Shown in pieces: positions 1-9,461 of a DNA stretch of 64,000 nucleotides (position 1 is its first letter; every line of letters starts with the position of its first letter). Below the pieces are notes generated by a model. That model ran no database searches. It was not told the origin of the DNA and was given only the letters and a program-made list of their open reading frames with translations. The stretch is from Caecitellus pseudoparvulus (lineage: Eukaryota; Protista; Bigyra: Bicosoecida), in the NCBI GenBank assembly GCA_965644315.1, contig CBFFRQ010000054.1:248001-312000 (forward strand). The letters run 5' to 3'. The position numbers and the translations under genes are program-made.

Positions 1-1861
1 GCTGGCGGCCCCGGGGGCGCAGGAACACACCCCACAAGTCCGCCACGAGGGGTGTCGCATGGCGCGACCTGTGATCGCGCATGACGTGCACTGCGTCCTG
101 GCGGTTAACCCACGATGCCACCGCGACGGCTTCTCGCCAGGTCGGAATGGCCGCGGGCGACCGGAACACCAGCCGCTGCACATTGAAGGCTGGCGCTTGA
201 GACAGCGCAGCCAGGTGCCCTGCGCCCACGGGCCACCCCTGCACTGGCAGCACTCGCACCAGGGGCAGCGAGTGCAGCGCGTCAGGCATGGAGGAGTCAG
301 CTGGCAGGGCGTGCTGCGTTGCAGCGGCCAATTCGGCCACGCCCCCCCCCTGCGCCGCTGCCGCCAGCACCTCTTGCACTGTGACTTCTGCCAGACGCAG
401 CAAGGGTGGCGTGGCGTACAGCCACAGCTGCCACCGTGGGTACATGATTGCAGTGCTGGCCAACGCAGCACGCACTGCAGCGAGCATCGTAGTGGACTCG
501 TGCGTTTCAGGCAAGGACATGGCCACGGCCCCCGTGGTCAGGGGCTCCCCCATCGCCTCTGCTGCCGCCACCACCTCGGCCAGGGCCTGCTTGAGGGGTG
601 TCAGGGGGGGGTGCGGCGCCAGCCACCCCTGCACCTGGGGCAGGCTTGACTCGTTCAGGGGGGCCTGTGGGCGCAGTGGGCGGGGCAGGCGCCGCGCGAC
701 GTCCACGACGGTCCTCCAGAACGCATCAGGGCGGGGCGACCGAAGAAACGCCCGCAGCATGCCCTGGCCTTGTCGCACCAGCCGAAGCATTGTGCGGCAG
801 TCGCCGCCGCGTGAGGAGTACCGCTGCCCCCACCCCGTCGTGTGGTCCACCACAACGCCATGCGTTACGCCGCCCCGCATGCCGTACACGTGGGACACCC
901 AGTCGTCTGTGAACCACGTGCGCAGCTGGTGGGGGTAATACGCAGGGAACACCTCCAGGTGAGTGGCGTGTGTGAAATCGTGCGTTAGAATGGCCGTGTT
1001 GCCGTTGTCGTGTTTCGGCCCAGTCATGCCCACCAGCGGCGGCCAGCGGCGCAGCAGCAGTTCCTGGACCATGGCCCCCGCCCAGCCGCCGCTGACGAAC
1101 GATGTGTCATCGTTGATGCGGTACAGGAAGTCTGCACCCGCTGCAGCCCCCGCCGCCATGGCAGCTGCGTGTGCCAGGCTGGGTGCGTGGTGGGAGCCAG
1201 ACGGCACCAGCAACAGCTGCACGGCCAGGCCAGGGCGGGCACAGTGTGCGAAGGCGGCAAAGCTTGCCTGCAGCATGGCCCGCTGTTCCGGGCTGGCCAG
1301 CACTGGGTCGTCGTCGTCAAACGCAGCCACAACGCTGTACCGGAAGCCGTCCTCGGCAGTGATGAAGAGAGTCGGCACCACCACCTGCATGAGGGGCAGG
1401 TCTGTCAAGTGTGCATCTGCACGCACCTCCACGCCACGGGTGGTGGTGCCGAACCCCACTGCGATGTGCAGCTTGTCGTGGCCTGCGCCGCTGAACGCTG
1501 AACGAATTTCCGCAGGTGACCTTGCTGGCCGCCGAGCTGCCGCTTCCAGGCACTGCACAATCGTCCGCCCGTTGCTCCCGGGCAAGGACGGGTCTCCTAG
1601 GTGTTTTTGCCAAGCCCGAGCGCGCTGCAGTGACGCTGCGGCTGCACCAGGGCCGCCTCCCGCCAACATGCTCCACACCGTCCACACCCCGCCCACAACC
1701 GCGGCCACGCAGCTCAGCACGACGCAGGCAGCCAAGGACAGGCGCTTGCCACGCTCCATTCGCCGAATGCTACCAGCCAGGCGCCCTGCATGTCTCCGGA
1801 AAGCCCTGCTGCACGGCCCGAGGGTATGCGCTGCGCTGCCGTTGCGCTGCGCACCCAGCAT
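1..1861 (-). CDS. Type II membrane two-domain putative glycosyltransferase (3' end runs off window start)
   Basis: Manual translation from ATG at 1861 is open to position 1, so it is absent from the ORF track. It has an N-terminal TM (LAACVVLSCVAAVVGGVWTVW), a GT-A-like domain (IAVGFGTTTRG...AFDDDDP...FLYRINDD...ILTHDF...WFTDDWVSHVYG) and a second domain (YPRWQLWLY...WREAVAVASW...HVMRDH...LWG). Confidence 0.7.
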   Translation of the reverse strand, partial: MLGAQRNGSAAHTLGPCSRAFRRHAGRLAGSIRRMERGKRLSLAACVVLSCVAAVVGGVWTVWSMLAGGGPGAAAASLQRARAWQKHLGDPSLPGSNGRTIVQCLEAAARRPARSPAEIRSAFSGAGHDKLHIAVGFGTTTRGVEVRADAHLTDLPLMQVVVPTLFITAEDGFRYSVVAAFDDDDPVLASPEQRAMLQASFAAFAHCARPGLAVQLLLVPSGSHHAPSLAHAAAMAAGAAAGADFLYRINDDTSFVSGGWAGAMVQELLLRRWPPLVGMTGPKHDNGNTAILTHDFTHATHLEVFPAYYPHQLRTWFTDDWVSHVYGMRGGVTHGVVVDHTTGWGQRYSSRGGDCRTMLRLVRQGQGMLRAFLRSPRPDAFWRTVVDVARRLPRPLRPQAPLNESSLPQVQGWLAPHPPLTPLKQALAEVVAAAEAMGEPLTTGAVAMSLPETHESTTMLAAVRAALASTAIMYPRWQLWLYATPPLLRLAEVTVQEVLAAAAQGGGVAELAAATQHALPADSSMPDALHSLPLVRVLPVQGWPVGAGHLAALSQAPAFNVQRLVFRSPAAIPTWREAVAVASWVNRQDAVHVMRDHRSRHATPLVADLWGVFLRPRGRQ

Positions 1862-2270
1862 GACAACTGGCTGGTGCTGGTGCGGGCAGTTTGGGCGGCC
1901 GAAGGGCGACCTGCCACGCCCTGGAGATTCAGGCAAGGGGGTCTGGGCAAGGGCACTCGCTGGGTCGTCAGTTGGGTGGGTTTTATTTGCCATTGGCGTG
2001 CACTGAAGCGAAATGTGGGAGATATTCGTACTTGCGGAAATTCGTTTACAGCACCTGTCGGAAGAAAGCACCTGCAACCTGCACCGGGATAGGACCAACA
2101 ACTCGATCCAAGTGCACTAGTCCACACATCACACATAAATTCAATCCCCACCACACCAGCACAGGACGCACGCCTGAGAGAGCCCTCCCCATTTCGCCCG
2201 GCAAAGGCTGGGCGGACCCGCTGCCTGTTTGGTGCTGCTTACGGCACTGCTCTTGCGCCACCACGCCGAC

Positions 2271-4838
2271 ATGGCTGTTGCTGCACCCGCGGAAACGACG
2301 GCAGCAGGGCCACCTGCCAGCGTAGAGGACGGAAAGGACGCACCCATGGCGCCCGCGCGTACATTCTCGGAGTCTTTGGCAGCAGCAGAGGGCGGCGACG
2401 CTCAGGCGGCGTTTTCTGTCGGCTCAGCTTTCCTTACCGGGAGCGACGGCGCGCCGACAGACCCCCTGCGAGCCTGCAAGTTCCTGCACATGGCCATGGA
2501 GGCAGAGGTGGAGGGCGCTGCAGACGCGTTTGAAAAGGCGATGTTGATGGATGCGGGAGATGGGCCGACTGTCGCTGACACGTGGGACTGGCTGGAGGCC
2601 GCTCAGTCCTCGGCCGATGCCAACGCAGCTCTGGCTCTGGCGGCAGTGTACCGCGACGGAGCAGGGGCGTTGCCAGTGGACCCGGAACAAGCCGAGGTGT
2701 TCCTGCGCCTCGCCTCCAAGCACGGCTCAGGGGAAGCGTCTCTCTTGCTGGGGCGAGCTGGGCTGACGCCGCCGCCGCCGGGGGTGCCTGCCTGCAACGT
2801 GTCACCGGCTGACAGCCTGGCCTTCTTCAAACGCGCGTCCGTGTCGCTGGAGCCCGGCATCGCCCGAGCGGCGGCTGTGGACATGGCACACCTCTTCAGC
2901 CGTGGCAACCCGCCCACCGCGCCGGATGGGGAGGAGCTGCCCCCACCAGAGGAGGGCGTGGATGCGGTGGCGGAGCTGGGCCGGGTCCCCGTGGACCCCC
3001 TCCGGGCCGTGCAGTGGGCCCGGGCCGCAGGGGAGCTTGGCGCAGAGCAAGGCGCGGACCTCCTGCGGCAGTGTGAGGAAGCACTGGGGCCGGACCAGGC
3101 TGGCCTGTGGCGGCTGGCGCAGACAGCGACAGGGGGCGGGCAGACGGCACCTGACGCGGCATTCGAGCTGGGCGTCAAGTACTACTTTGGGCGGGGCGTG
3201 CCGAAGGACATGGCGGAGGCGGTGAAGTGGTTTCGTATGGCGGGCAGCGCGGGGCATGTGCGTGCGTGTGGGCAGCTGGGGTTCATCTACGCGTCAGGCA
3301 AGCCCGGCGTGCCGGCGTCTGACGGCGAGGCGTGTGCGTGGATGGAGCAGGCGGCGGTGCTGGGCGACATGAACGCAGCGTACAACCTGGGCCACATGCT
3401 GTCCAACGGGCGTGGGCCGAACGGGGTGGATGGGCCTGGCGCGCTGAAGTGGTTGTCGAAGCCGGCGGCACGAGGCGACGCCAAGTCCATGAACGCCATC
3501 GGGCGCCTGTACCACGCCGGCATCGGCATGGAGCGGGACTGGGTGCAGGCAGCCAAGCACTACGAGGCTGCAGTGGAGGCCGGCCACGACACCGCCGCGT
3601 GGAATTTGAAGGTCATGTACGAGCACGGCGGGCACGGCCTGGAGGCGGACGAGGCGCTGGAGGGCAAGTGGGCCCACGTTGCGGCCAAGCGGGGGTACTC
3701 CTCTGCCATGACCTTCATGGGCGCTGCGTTTGAGAGTGGCACGCACTCCTTCCAGCGCAACGCCCGCGCCTCACGACACTGGTGGTTGAAGGGCGCAGAG
3801 GCGGGAGCATCCTACTGCATGATGCGCGCTGGTCTGATCTATTCCATCGGGGACGGCGGTGTGTGGGACGGTGCTGCTGTGCGCAGGTGGTGGCTTGCAT
3901 TGCAGGAATCTGGCTGCGATGACTCCATAGCCCTGACATACCCAGCCCTTGTCCACCTGCACGGGTATGGCGGCCCGAGGGACGACGCGCAGGGCTATAA
4001 ACTGATGTCGGAGGCGTATGAGCGGTACGGCTGCATCCAGTCGGGATCCTACGCCGCCGTGATGATGTCGGAAGGGCGGGGGACGGAGGCGGACTTTGAC
4101 GGCGCAGTTGCCAAGGCAGTCGAAATCATGGACCGCGCGGCAGCCGATGAGCAGGACGAGCTGCTGGAACTGCACTTTTTGGTGGGCTTGGCCCACTGGC
4201 GAGGTGCCGGCGGCAAGGCGGTGGACGAGGAAGCAGCCCTGGAGTGTTGGCGGCAAGCAGCTGCGTATGGCCAGACTGGCGCCGTGCTGCTCATCGAAGA
4301 GGTCACGGCCACCCGTGACAGCAGCCCCTTTGACGCCAGCGCCATGCTGGAGGCAGGGGAGGCCGCCAATGCCGAGACGCTGTTCCGGCTGGGCCTCAGC
4401 CACATCCTCGGCACAGACGAGGGTGTGGAAGCGAGCTGGCCCGCGGCGTTCCAGTGCATGGTCCGGGCAGCTGACCTGGGCCACCCCCTTGCAGCCTGTG
4501 CCGAGTGCTGGATGCGTGAGGAGCTGCACGGGGGCGCCGTGGACGCTGCCGAGCGGGAAGCAGACCTCATTCGCTCAGCTTCCGAAGCTGGCGTTCCCCT
4601 CGGGCACCTGCACTACGCACGCCTGCTGGGAGCTGGGTGTGGCCAGCAGGAGCCAGACCTGGCACAGGCCATGCGACTCCTGGCACTGGCGAGTGAAGGA
4701 GGGCTGGAGGAGGCAGCCGTGCACAAGGCGCACGACATGGTGGCGTTTTCGTACGGCCGCGAAAGCGACTTGGAGGCGTTGCCAGAGGCCATGCGCCAGG
4801 CAGTGCTGAAGCTGCTGGCAAAGAGCACCGATGAGTAG
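2271..4838 (+). CDS. SEL1-like repeat protein (full-length copy)
   Basis: Multiple SEL1 motifs (AAFELGVKYYFGRGVPKDMAEAVKWFRMA; AYNLGHMLSNGRG; AIGRLYHAGIGMERDWVQAAKHYEAA). First ATG is at 2271. Confidence 0.9.
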   Translation: MAVAAPAETTAAGPPASVEDGKDAPMAPARTFSESLAAAEGGDAQAAFSVGSAFLTGSDGAPTDPLRACKFLHMAMEAEVEGAADAFEKAMLMDAGDGPTVADTWDWLEAAQSSADANAALALAAVYRDGAGALPVDPEQAEVFLRLASKHGSGEASLLLGRAGLTPPPPGVPACNVSPADSLAFFKRASVSLEPGIARAAAVDMAHLFSRGNPPTAPDGEELPPPEEGVDAVAELGRVPVDPLRAVQWARAAGELGAEQGADLLRQCEEALGPDQAGLWRLAQTATGGGQTAPDAAFELGVKYYFGRGVPKDMAEAVKWFRMAGSAGHVRACGQLGFIYASGKPGVPASDGEACAWMEQAAVLGDMNAAYNLGHMLSNGRGPNGVDGPGALKWLSKPAARGDAKSMNAIGRLYHAGIGMERDWVQAAKHYEAAVEAGHDTAAWNLKVMYEHGGHGLEADEALEGKWAHVAAKRGYSSAMTFMGAAFESGTHSFQRNARASRHWWLKGAEAGASYCMMRAGLIYSIGDGGVWDGAAVRRWWLALQESGCDDSIALTYPALVHLHGYGGPRDDAQGYKLMSEAYERYGCIQSGSYAAVMMSEGRGTEADFDGAVAKAVEIMDRAAADEQDELLELHFLVGLAHWRGAGGKAVDEEAALECWRQAAAYGQTGAVLLIEEVTATRDSSPFDASAMLEAGEAANAETLFRLGLSHILGTDEGVEASWPAAFQCMVRAADLGHPLAACAECWMREELHGGAVDAAEREADLIRSASEAGVPLGHLHYARLLGAGCGQQEPDLAQAMRLLALASEGGLEEAAVHKAHDMVAFSYGRESDLEALPEAMRQAVLKLLAKSTDE

Positions 4839-5461
4839 CAAAGGCACCGTGTGCCCCCCCGCATACCCACACAAAGTGGAAGGTGGGGGGGTCATTGCAG
4901 GTGGCAAGAATGCAACCTCCGCTACAGATGTCCGTGTTCATGCAGGCAGCCAAGCCAGGGGGCGGGCAAGTTTGCTTGGCTGGATGGGGGTGACGGGGGG
5001 GGGGGCGTTGGAAAGGGGTGTGGAGTCGTCCGCTAGCGTCGGAAGGCGGCAGAGCTTGGGGTCGGCATCTCGTCGGGTTCCATGTGAGGGGGGGTCGCCG
5101 CGCGGGGTTGGGCGTTGGCCTCCCGAGCAGCTTGGGACGCCATGGTGTGCGGCAAAACGCTGAGATGGCTGGTGGAGGTGCTGGTGAGGTGGGGATGCCT
5201 GGGTGAGGTCAGTCCAGCACGCCTCGGGAGCACAGTGCTTGAGCAAGTTTGCATGGATGGGCGTGAGTGAGCCTTGAAGCAGTGATCTGCAGGTAGGTGT
5301 GGCACTGTCACGACTGTGTCACAACAATCGTCCACGACTTCTTCCTGCATTGGACAGTGAGAAACATCCACACTTGAGATTCCTTTTTTGAGCCGCTTGT
5401 GTAGCTGTGCAGGTGAGGTGTTTGGCGGCAGCACTTGCGCCATCTGCAACCCCACCACGCC

Positions 5462-8400
5462 ATGGCTGATGGCAGGGGCAGTCAGTCGGTGGAGGGGCGA
5501 TGGAAGGCTGCATGTGACGGTGAGCAAGAAGATGTATTGCTGAGCATACTTGAGAGGTGCGGTGGTGGTGCGGGTGTGGGTCTGGGAGGCTTGTCAAGCG
5601 GGGAGACGTCAGCTGGCTTTTTGGTGGCGTGCAAGAAAGGACACGTTGCGCTGCTGCGTGGGCTGTTGGCGTTGGAGGGGGATCTTGTTGTGAACGTGCA
5701 TGCACAAGATGAGGATGGGCCCGAGGCTGGCTTCCGACTTGCCTGTGCGAACGGCCACGTGGATGTGGTACGTGAGCTGCTGGCTCTGACGGGTGATCGA
5801 GCTGTGGATGTGCATGCAGGGGTCAATGGCGACCCTGAGTATGGCTTCTTGCTTGCCTGTGAGAACGGCCACATTGACGTGGTGCGTGAGCTGCTGGCGC
5901 TGAGCGGACATCGAGCCGTGGATGTGCATGCAGGGGTCAAGGGCGACCCTGAGTGGGGCTTCCGTGCTGCCTGTGAGAACGGCCACATTGACGTGGTGCG
6001 TGAGCTGCTGGCGCTGACGGGTGATCGAGCTGTGAATGTGCATGCAGGCTTCAATGGCGACCCTGAGTACGGCTTCCGACTTGCCTGTGTGAACGGGCAC
6101 ATTGATGTGGTGCGTGAGCTGCTGGCGCTGAGCGGACATCGAGCCGTGGATGTGCATGCAGGGGTCAAGGGCGACCCTGAGTACGGCTTCCTGGCTGCCT
6201 GCCAGAACGGCCACATTGACGTGGTGCGTGAGCTGCTGGCTCTGACGGGTGATCGAGCCGTGGATGTGCATGCAGGGGTCAAGGGCGTTCCTGAGTATGG
6301 CTTCCGACTTGCCTGTGCGAACGGCCACATTGACGTGGTGCGTGAGCTGCTGGCTCTGACGGGTGATCGAGCTGTGGATGTGCATGCAGGGGTCAAGGGC
6401 GACCCTGAGTGGGGCTTCCTGGCTGCCTGCCAGAACGGCCACATTGACGTGGTGCGTGAGCTGCTGGCTCTGAGCGGACATCGAGCCGTGGATGTGCATG
6501 CAGGGGTCAAGGGCGACCCTGAGTGGGGCTTCCGTGCTGCCTGTGAGAACGGCCACATTGACGTGGTGCGTGAGCTGCTGGCGCTGACGGGTGATCGAGC
6601 TGTGAATGTGCATGCAGGCTTCAATGGCGACCCTGAGTACGGCTTCCGACTTGCCTGTGTGAACGGGCACATTGATGTGGTGCGTGAGCTGCTGGCGCTG
6701 AGCGGACATCGAGCCGTGGATGTGCATGCAGGGGTCAAGGGCGACCCTGAGTACGGCTTCCTGGCTGCCTGCCAGAACGGCCACATTGACGTGGTGCGTG
6801 AGCTGCTGGCTCTGACGGGTGATCGAGCCGTGGATGTGCATGCAGGGGTCAATGGCGTTCCTGAGTATGGCTTCCGACTTGCCTGTGCGAACGGCCACAT
6901 TGACGTGGTGCGTGAGCTGCTGGCTCTGACGGGTGATCGAGCTGTGGATGTGCATGCAGGGGTCAAGGGCCACCCTGAGTACGGCTTCCGAAAGGCCTGT
7001 GAGAACGGTCACATTGATGTGGTGCGTGAGCTGCTGGCGCTGAGCGGACATCGAGCCGTGGATGTGCATGCAGGGGTCAAGGGCGACCCTGAGTGGGGCT
7101 TCCTGGCTGCCTGCCAGAACGGCCACGTGGATGTGGTGCGTGAGCTGCTGGCACTGACGGGTGATCGAGTCGTGGATGTGCATGTAAGGGTCAATGGCGA
7201 CCCTGAGTACGGCTTCCTGCTTGCCTGTGAGAACGGCCACATTGACGTGGTGCGTGAGCTGCTGGCGCTGACGGGTGATCGAGCTGTGGATGTGCATGCA
7301 GGGGTCAAGGGCCACCCTGAGTGGGGCTTCCGTGCTGCCTGTGAGAACGGCCACATTGACGTGGTGCGTGAGCTGCTGGCGCTGAGCGGACATCGAGCCG
7401 TGGATGTGCATGCAGGGGTCAAGGGCGACCCTGAGTACGGCTTCCTGCTTGCCTGCCAGAACGGCCACATTGACGTGGTGCGTGAGCTGCTGGCGCTGAG
7501 CGGACATCGAGCCGTGGATGTGCATGCAGGGGTCAAGGGCGACCCTGAGTACGGCTTCCGACTTGCCTGTGAGAACGGCCACATTGACGTGGTGCGTGAG
7601 CTGCTGGCGCTGACGGGTGATCGAGCCGTGGATGTGCATGCAGGCTTCAAGGGCGACGTTGAGTACGGCTTCCGAAAGGCCTGTGAGAACGGCCACGTGG
7701 ACGTGGTGCGTGAGCTGCTGGCGCTGAGTGGGCATCGAACCGTGGATGTGCATGCAGGCTTCAATGGCGACCCTGAGTATGGCTTCCGAGCTGCCTGCCA
7801 GAACGGCCACATTGACGTGGTGCGTGAGCTGCTGGCACTGACGGGTGATCGAGCTGTGGATGTCCATGCCGCTTTCAAGGGTAGTCCTGAGGCTGCCTTC
7901 CTGGCTGCCTGTGTGAACGGACACTTTGCTGTTGTGCGTGAGCTGCTGGCGCTGACGGGTGATCGAGTCGTGGATGTGCATGCAGGCTTCAAGGGTGACC
8001 CTGAGTATGGCTTCCGAAAGGCCTGTGAGAACGGCCACATTGACGTGGTGCGGGAGCTGCTGGCTCTGAGCGGACATCGAGCCGTGGATGTGCATGCAGG
8101 GGTCAAGGGCGACCCTGAGTGGGGCTTCCTGGCTGCCTGCCAGAACGGCCACGTGGATGTGGTGCGTGAGCTGCTGGCACTGACGGGTGATCGAGTCGTG
8201 GATGTGCATGTAAGGGTCAATGGCGACCCTGAGTGGGGCTTCCGTGCTGCCTGTGAGAACGGCCACGTGGATGTGGTGCGTGAGCTGCTGGCTCTGACGG
8301 GTGATCGAGCCGTGGATGTGCATGCAGGGGTCAATGGCGACCCTGAGTATGGCTTCCGAGCTGCCTGCCGGCACGGCCACGTGGAGGTGGTGCGCGAGCT

Positions 8401-8626
8401 GCTGGCTCTGACGGGTGGTCGAGTCATCTCACTGCAATCATGCCTTGAGGCTGGAGAGTTGGCTAGGCAGGCAGCCAGAGATGCCGTTTGGCTCGGCACC
8501 AGCACTCGGCAGGGTCGCATGGCCATGATACTGCTACGGAGCGCAAAGAGGGCAAGGAAGCGTCCACGGCCACAGACCGGCGCAGCGTTGGTGTCTTCAT
8601 CAGGGAAGGCTGCACGCTCTGACTGA
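5462..8626 (+). CDS. Capped 38-aa atypical ankyrin-repeat protein, ANK-A (24 repeats, 1054 aa)
   Basis: 87-aa N-cap, 23 full repeats E[YWA]GF[RL][LAK]AC[AEVQ]NGHIDVVRELLAL[ST]G[HD]RAVDVHAG[VF][KN]GDP, then a terminal repeat and C-cap DAVWLGTSTRQGRMAMILLR. ACxxGHxDVVRELL matches the ankyrin core AAxxGHxxIVxxLL. Confidence 0.9.
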   Translation: MADGRGSQSVEGRWKAACDGEQEDVLLSILERCGGGAGVGLGGLSSGETSAGFLVACKKGHVALLRGLLALEGDLVVNVHAQDEDGPEAGFRLACANGHVDVVRELLALTGDRAVDVHAGVNGDPEYGFLLACENGHIDVVRELLALSGHRAVDVHAGVKGDPEWGFRAACENGHIDVVRELLALTGDRAVNVHAGFNGDPEYGFRLACVNGHIDVVRELLALSGHRAVDVHAGVKGDPEYGFLAACQNGHIDVVRELLALTGDRAVDVHAGVKGVPEYGFRLACANGHIDVVRELLALTGDRAVDVHAGVKGDPEWGFLAACQNGHIDVVRELLALSGHRAVDVHAGVKGDPEWGFRAACENGHIDVVRELLALTGDRAVNVHAGFNGDPEYGFRLACVNGHIDVVRELLALSGHRAVDVHAGVKGDPEYGFLAACQNGHIDVVRELLALTGDRAVDVHAGVNGVPEYGFRLACANGHIDVVRELLALTGDRAVDVHAGVKGHPEYGFRKACENGHIDVVRELLALSGHRAVDVHAGVKGDPEWGFLAACQNGHVDVVRELLALTGDRVVDVHVRVNGDPEYGFLLACENGHIDVVRELLALTGDRAVDVHAGVKGHPEWGFRAACENGHIDVVRELLALSGHRAVDVHAGVKGDPEYGFLLACQNGHIDVVRELLALSGHRAVDVHAGVKGDPEYGFRLACENGHIDVVRELLALTGDRAVDVHAGFKGDVEYGFRKACENGHVDVVRELLALSGHRTVDVHAGFNGDPEYGFRAACQNGHIDVVRELLALTGDRAVDVHAAFKGSPEAAFLAACVNGHFAVVRELLALTGDRVVDVHAGFKGDPEYGFRKACENGHIDVVRELLALSGHRAVDVHAGVKGDPEWGFLAACQNGHVDVVRELLALTGDRVVDVHVRVNGDPEWGFRAACENGHVDVVRELLALTGDRAVDVHAGVNGDPEYGFRAACRHGHVEVVRELLALTGGRVISLQSCLEAGELARQAARDAVWLGTSTRQGRMAMILLRSAKRARKRPRPQTGAALVSSSGKAARSD
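5723..8422 (+). repeat. Coding tandem array of 114-bp units (24 units)
   Basis: Unit starts at GAG 5723 and recurs every 114 bp to 8345. Confidence 0.95.
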
Positions 8627-9075
8627 AGGGCAGAGTAGGTGTGGGCTCCACGCTCCACCGCGCAGGTTGCCAAGGCCATTGCCAGGCTCTGGGGTGACCA
8701 ACGTGCGTAAGCTAGATAATGCACGTGAGCCTTGCATGGTTGGGGGCGTTGGCCTGGAAGCCATCCCAAGGATGCGCAACATCTGCACCGACAGCGTGGC
8801 AGGTCCGTGGCGAACTGGCGAGGCTGTGGAAGGTCATGCTGGTCTTGTGATCATCTGCGCATCACCCTTGCAGCAGTGAACAGGCGACGGGCAAGTTTTC
8901 CGCTAGGGGCGACGCGTTTGCACTTTGCTCGGGGCAGTGGCATACATGGGGAGGTTCAGAGTCAAGGCAGCAGCAGCTCCCCTGCTCGCTCAAGCGGAGG
9001 CAAAAGAACCGGGTGGAAGACTTCCAGGGGACGCGGACAATGCATTGCGAGGGGATTCCGGGAAAGACTTGGGTC

Positions 9076-9457
9076 TCAGCGCTCAGACGTGGTGGGGGGC
9101 TCCTCGCCCTCGTCGCCGCCCTGCCGCCCCGACAGCAGGCGCACGTTGAGGAAGTCCCGTGTCTTGGCCACCTTCACCGCCCCTTCGCGCTGCTTGCGCT
9201 GGGCCAGGTCGTCCGCCAGCATGACCCGCAGGAGGTCACTCATGGTGACGACGCCCAGGACGGTGCGGCTGTCTCCAACGACGGCCAGGTGGCGCAAGCC
9301 CTTGCTGAGCATGTACTCGGCAGCCCGTGCCAGGGTCCAGGATGGCCGCCCGCACTTGACGGGGCGGACATGGCATCTGTGATGGGGGTGGTGGTGGCGT
9401 CGGGTCATACCTGAGCCGCGCGTGAAGCGGCCAGGCACCGCAGCAGGGTCAGGCCTG
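9076..9457 (-). pseudogene. Remnant of CBS-domain gene (3' end plus a 52-bp 5' piece; internal ~1.19-kb deletion and 1-bp frameshift)
   Basis: C-terminal VKCGRP...TTSER is identical to 16181 onward. GACGGGGCGG here versus GACGGGGGCGG at ~16463 shifts the frame. The sequence jumps from the equivalent of 16512 to 17702. Confidence 0.85.
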
Positions 9458-9461
9458 CACC

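Larger units (their letters stand above)
2790..9457 (+). repeat. Tandem segmental duplication, copy 1 (SEL1 3' part - spacer - ANK gene - CBS remnant)
   Basis: Aligns to 9453-17753 with a constant 6663-bp offset through the SEL1 stop (4838/11501) and the ANK ATG (5462/12125). 8880-9406 matches about 15985-16512, and 9406-9457 matches 17702-17753. Confidence 0.92.

Noticed and set aside
59-2006. Plus-strand ORFs at the window start
   Set aside because: They are shadows of the minus-strand glycosyltransferase-like CDS.
4981-5110. G-run tract (also ~11645-11775) as a functional G-quadruplex
   Set aside because: G-runs are common in this GC-rich DNA, and the second occurrence is just the duplicate.
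5482-8769. Long antisense ORFs (494, 923, 586 aa) over ANK-A and similar ones over ANK-B
   Set aside because: A stop-free antisense unit is simply propagated by tandem repetition, and the products look non-protein-like.
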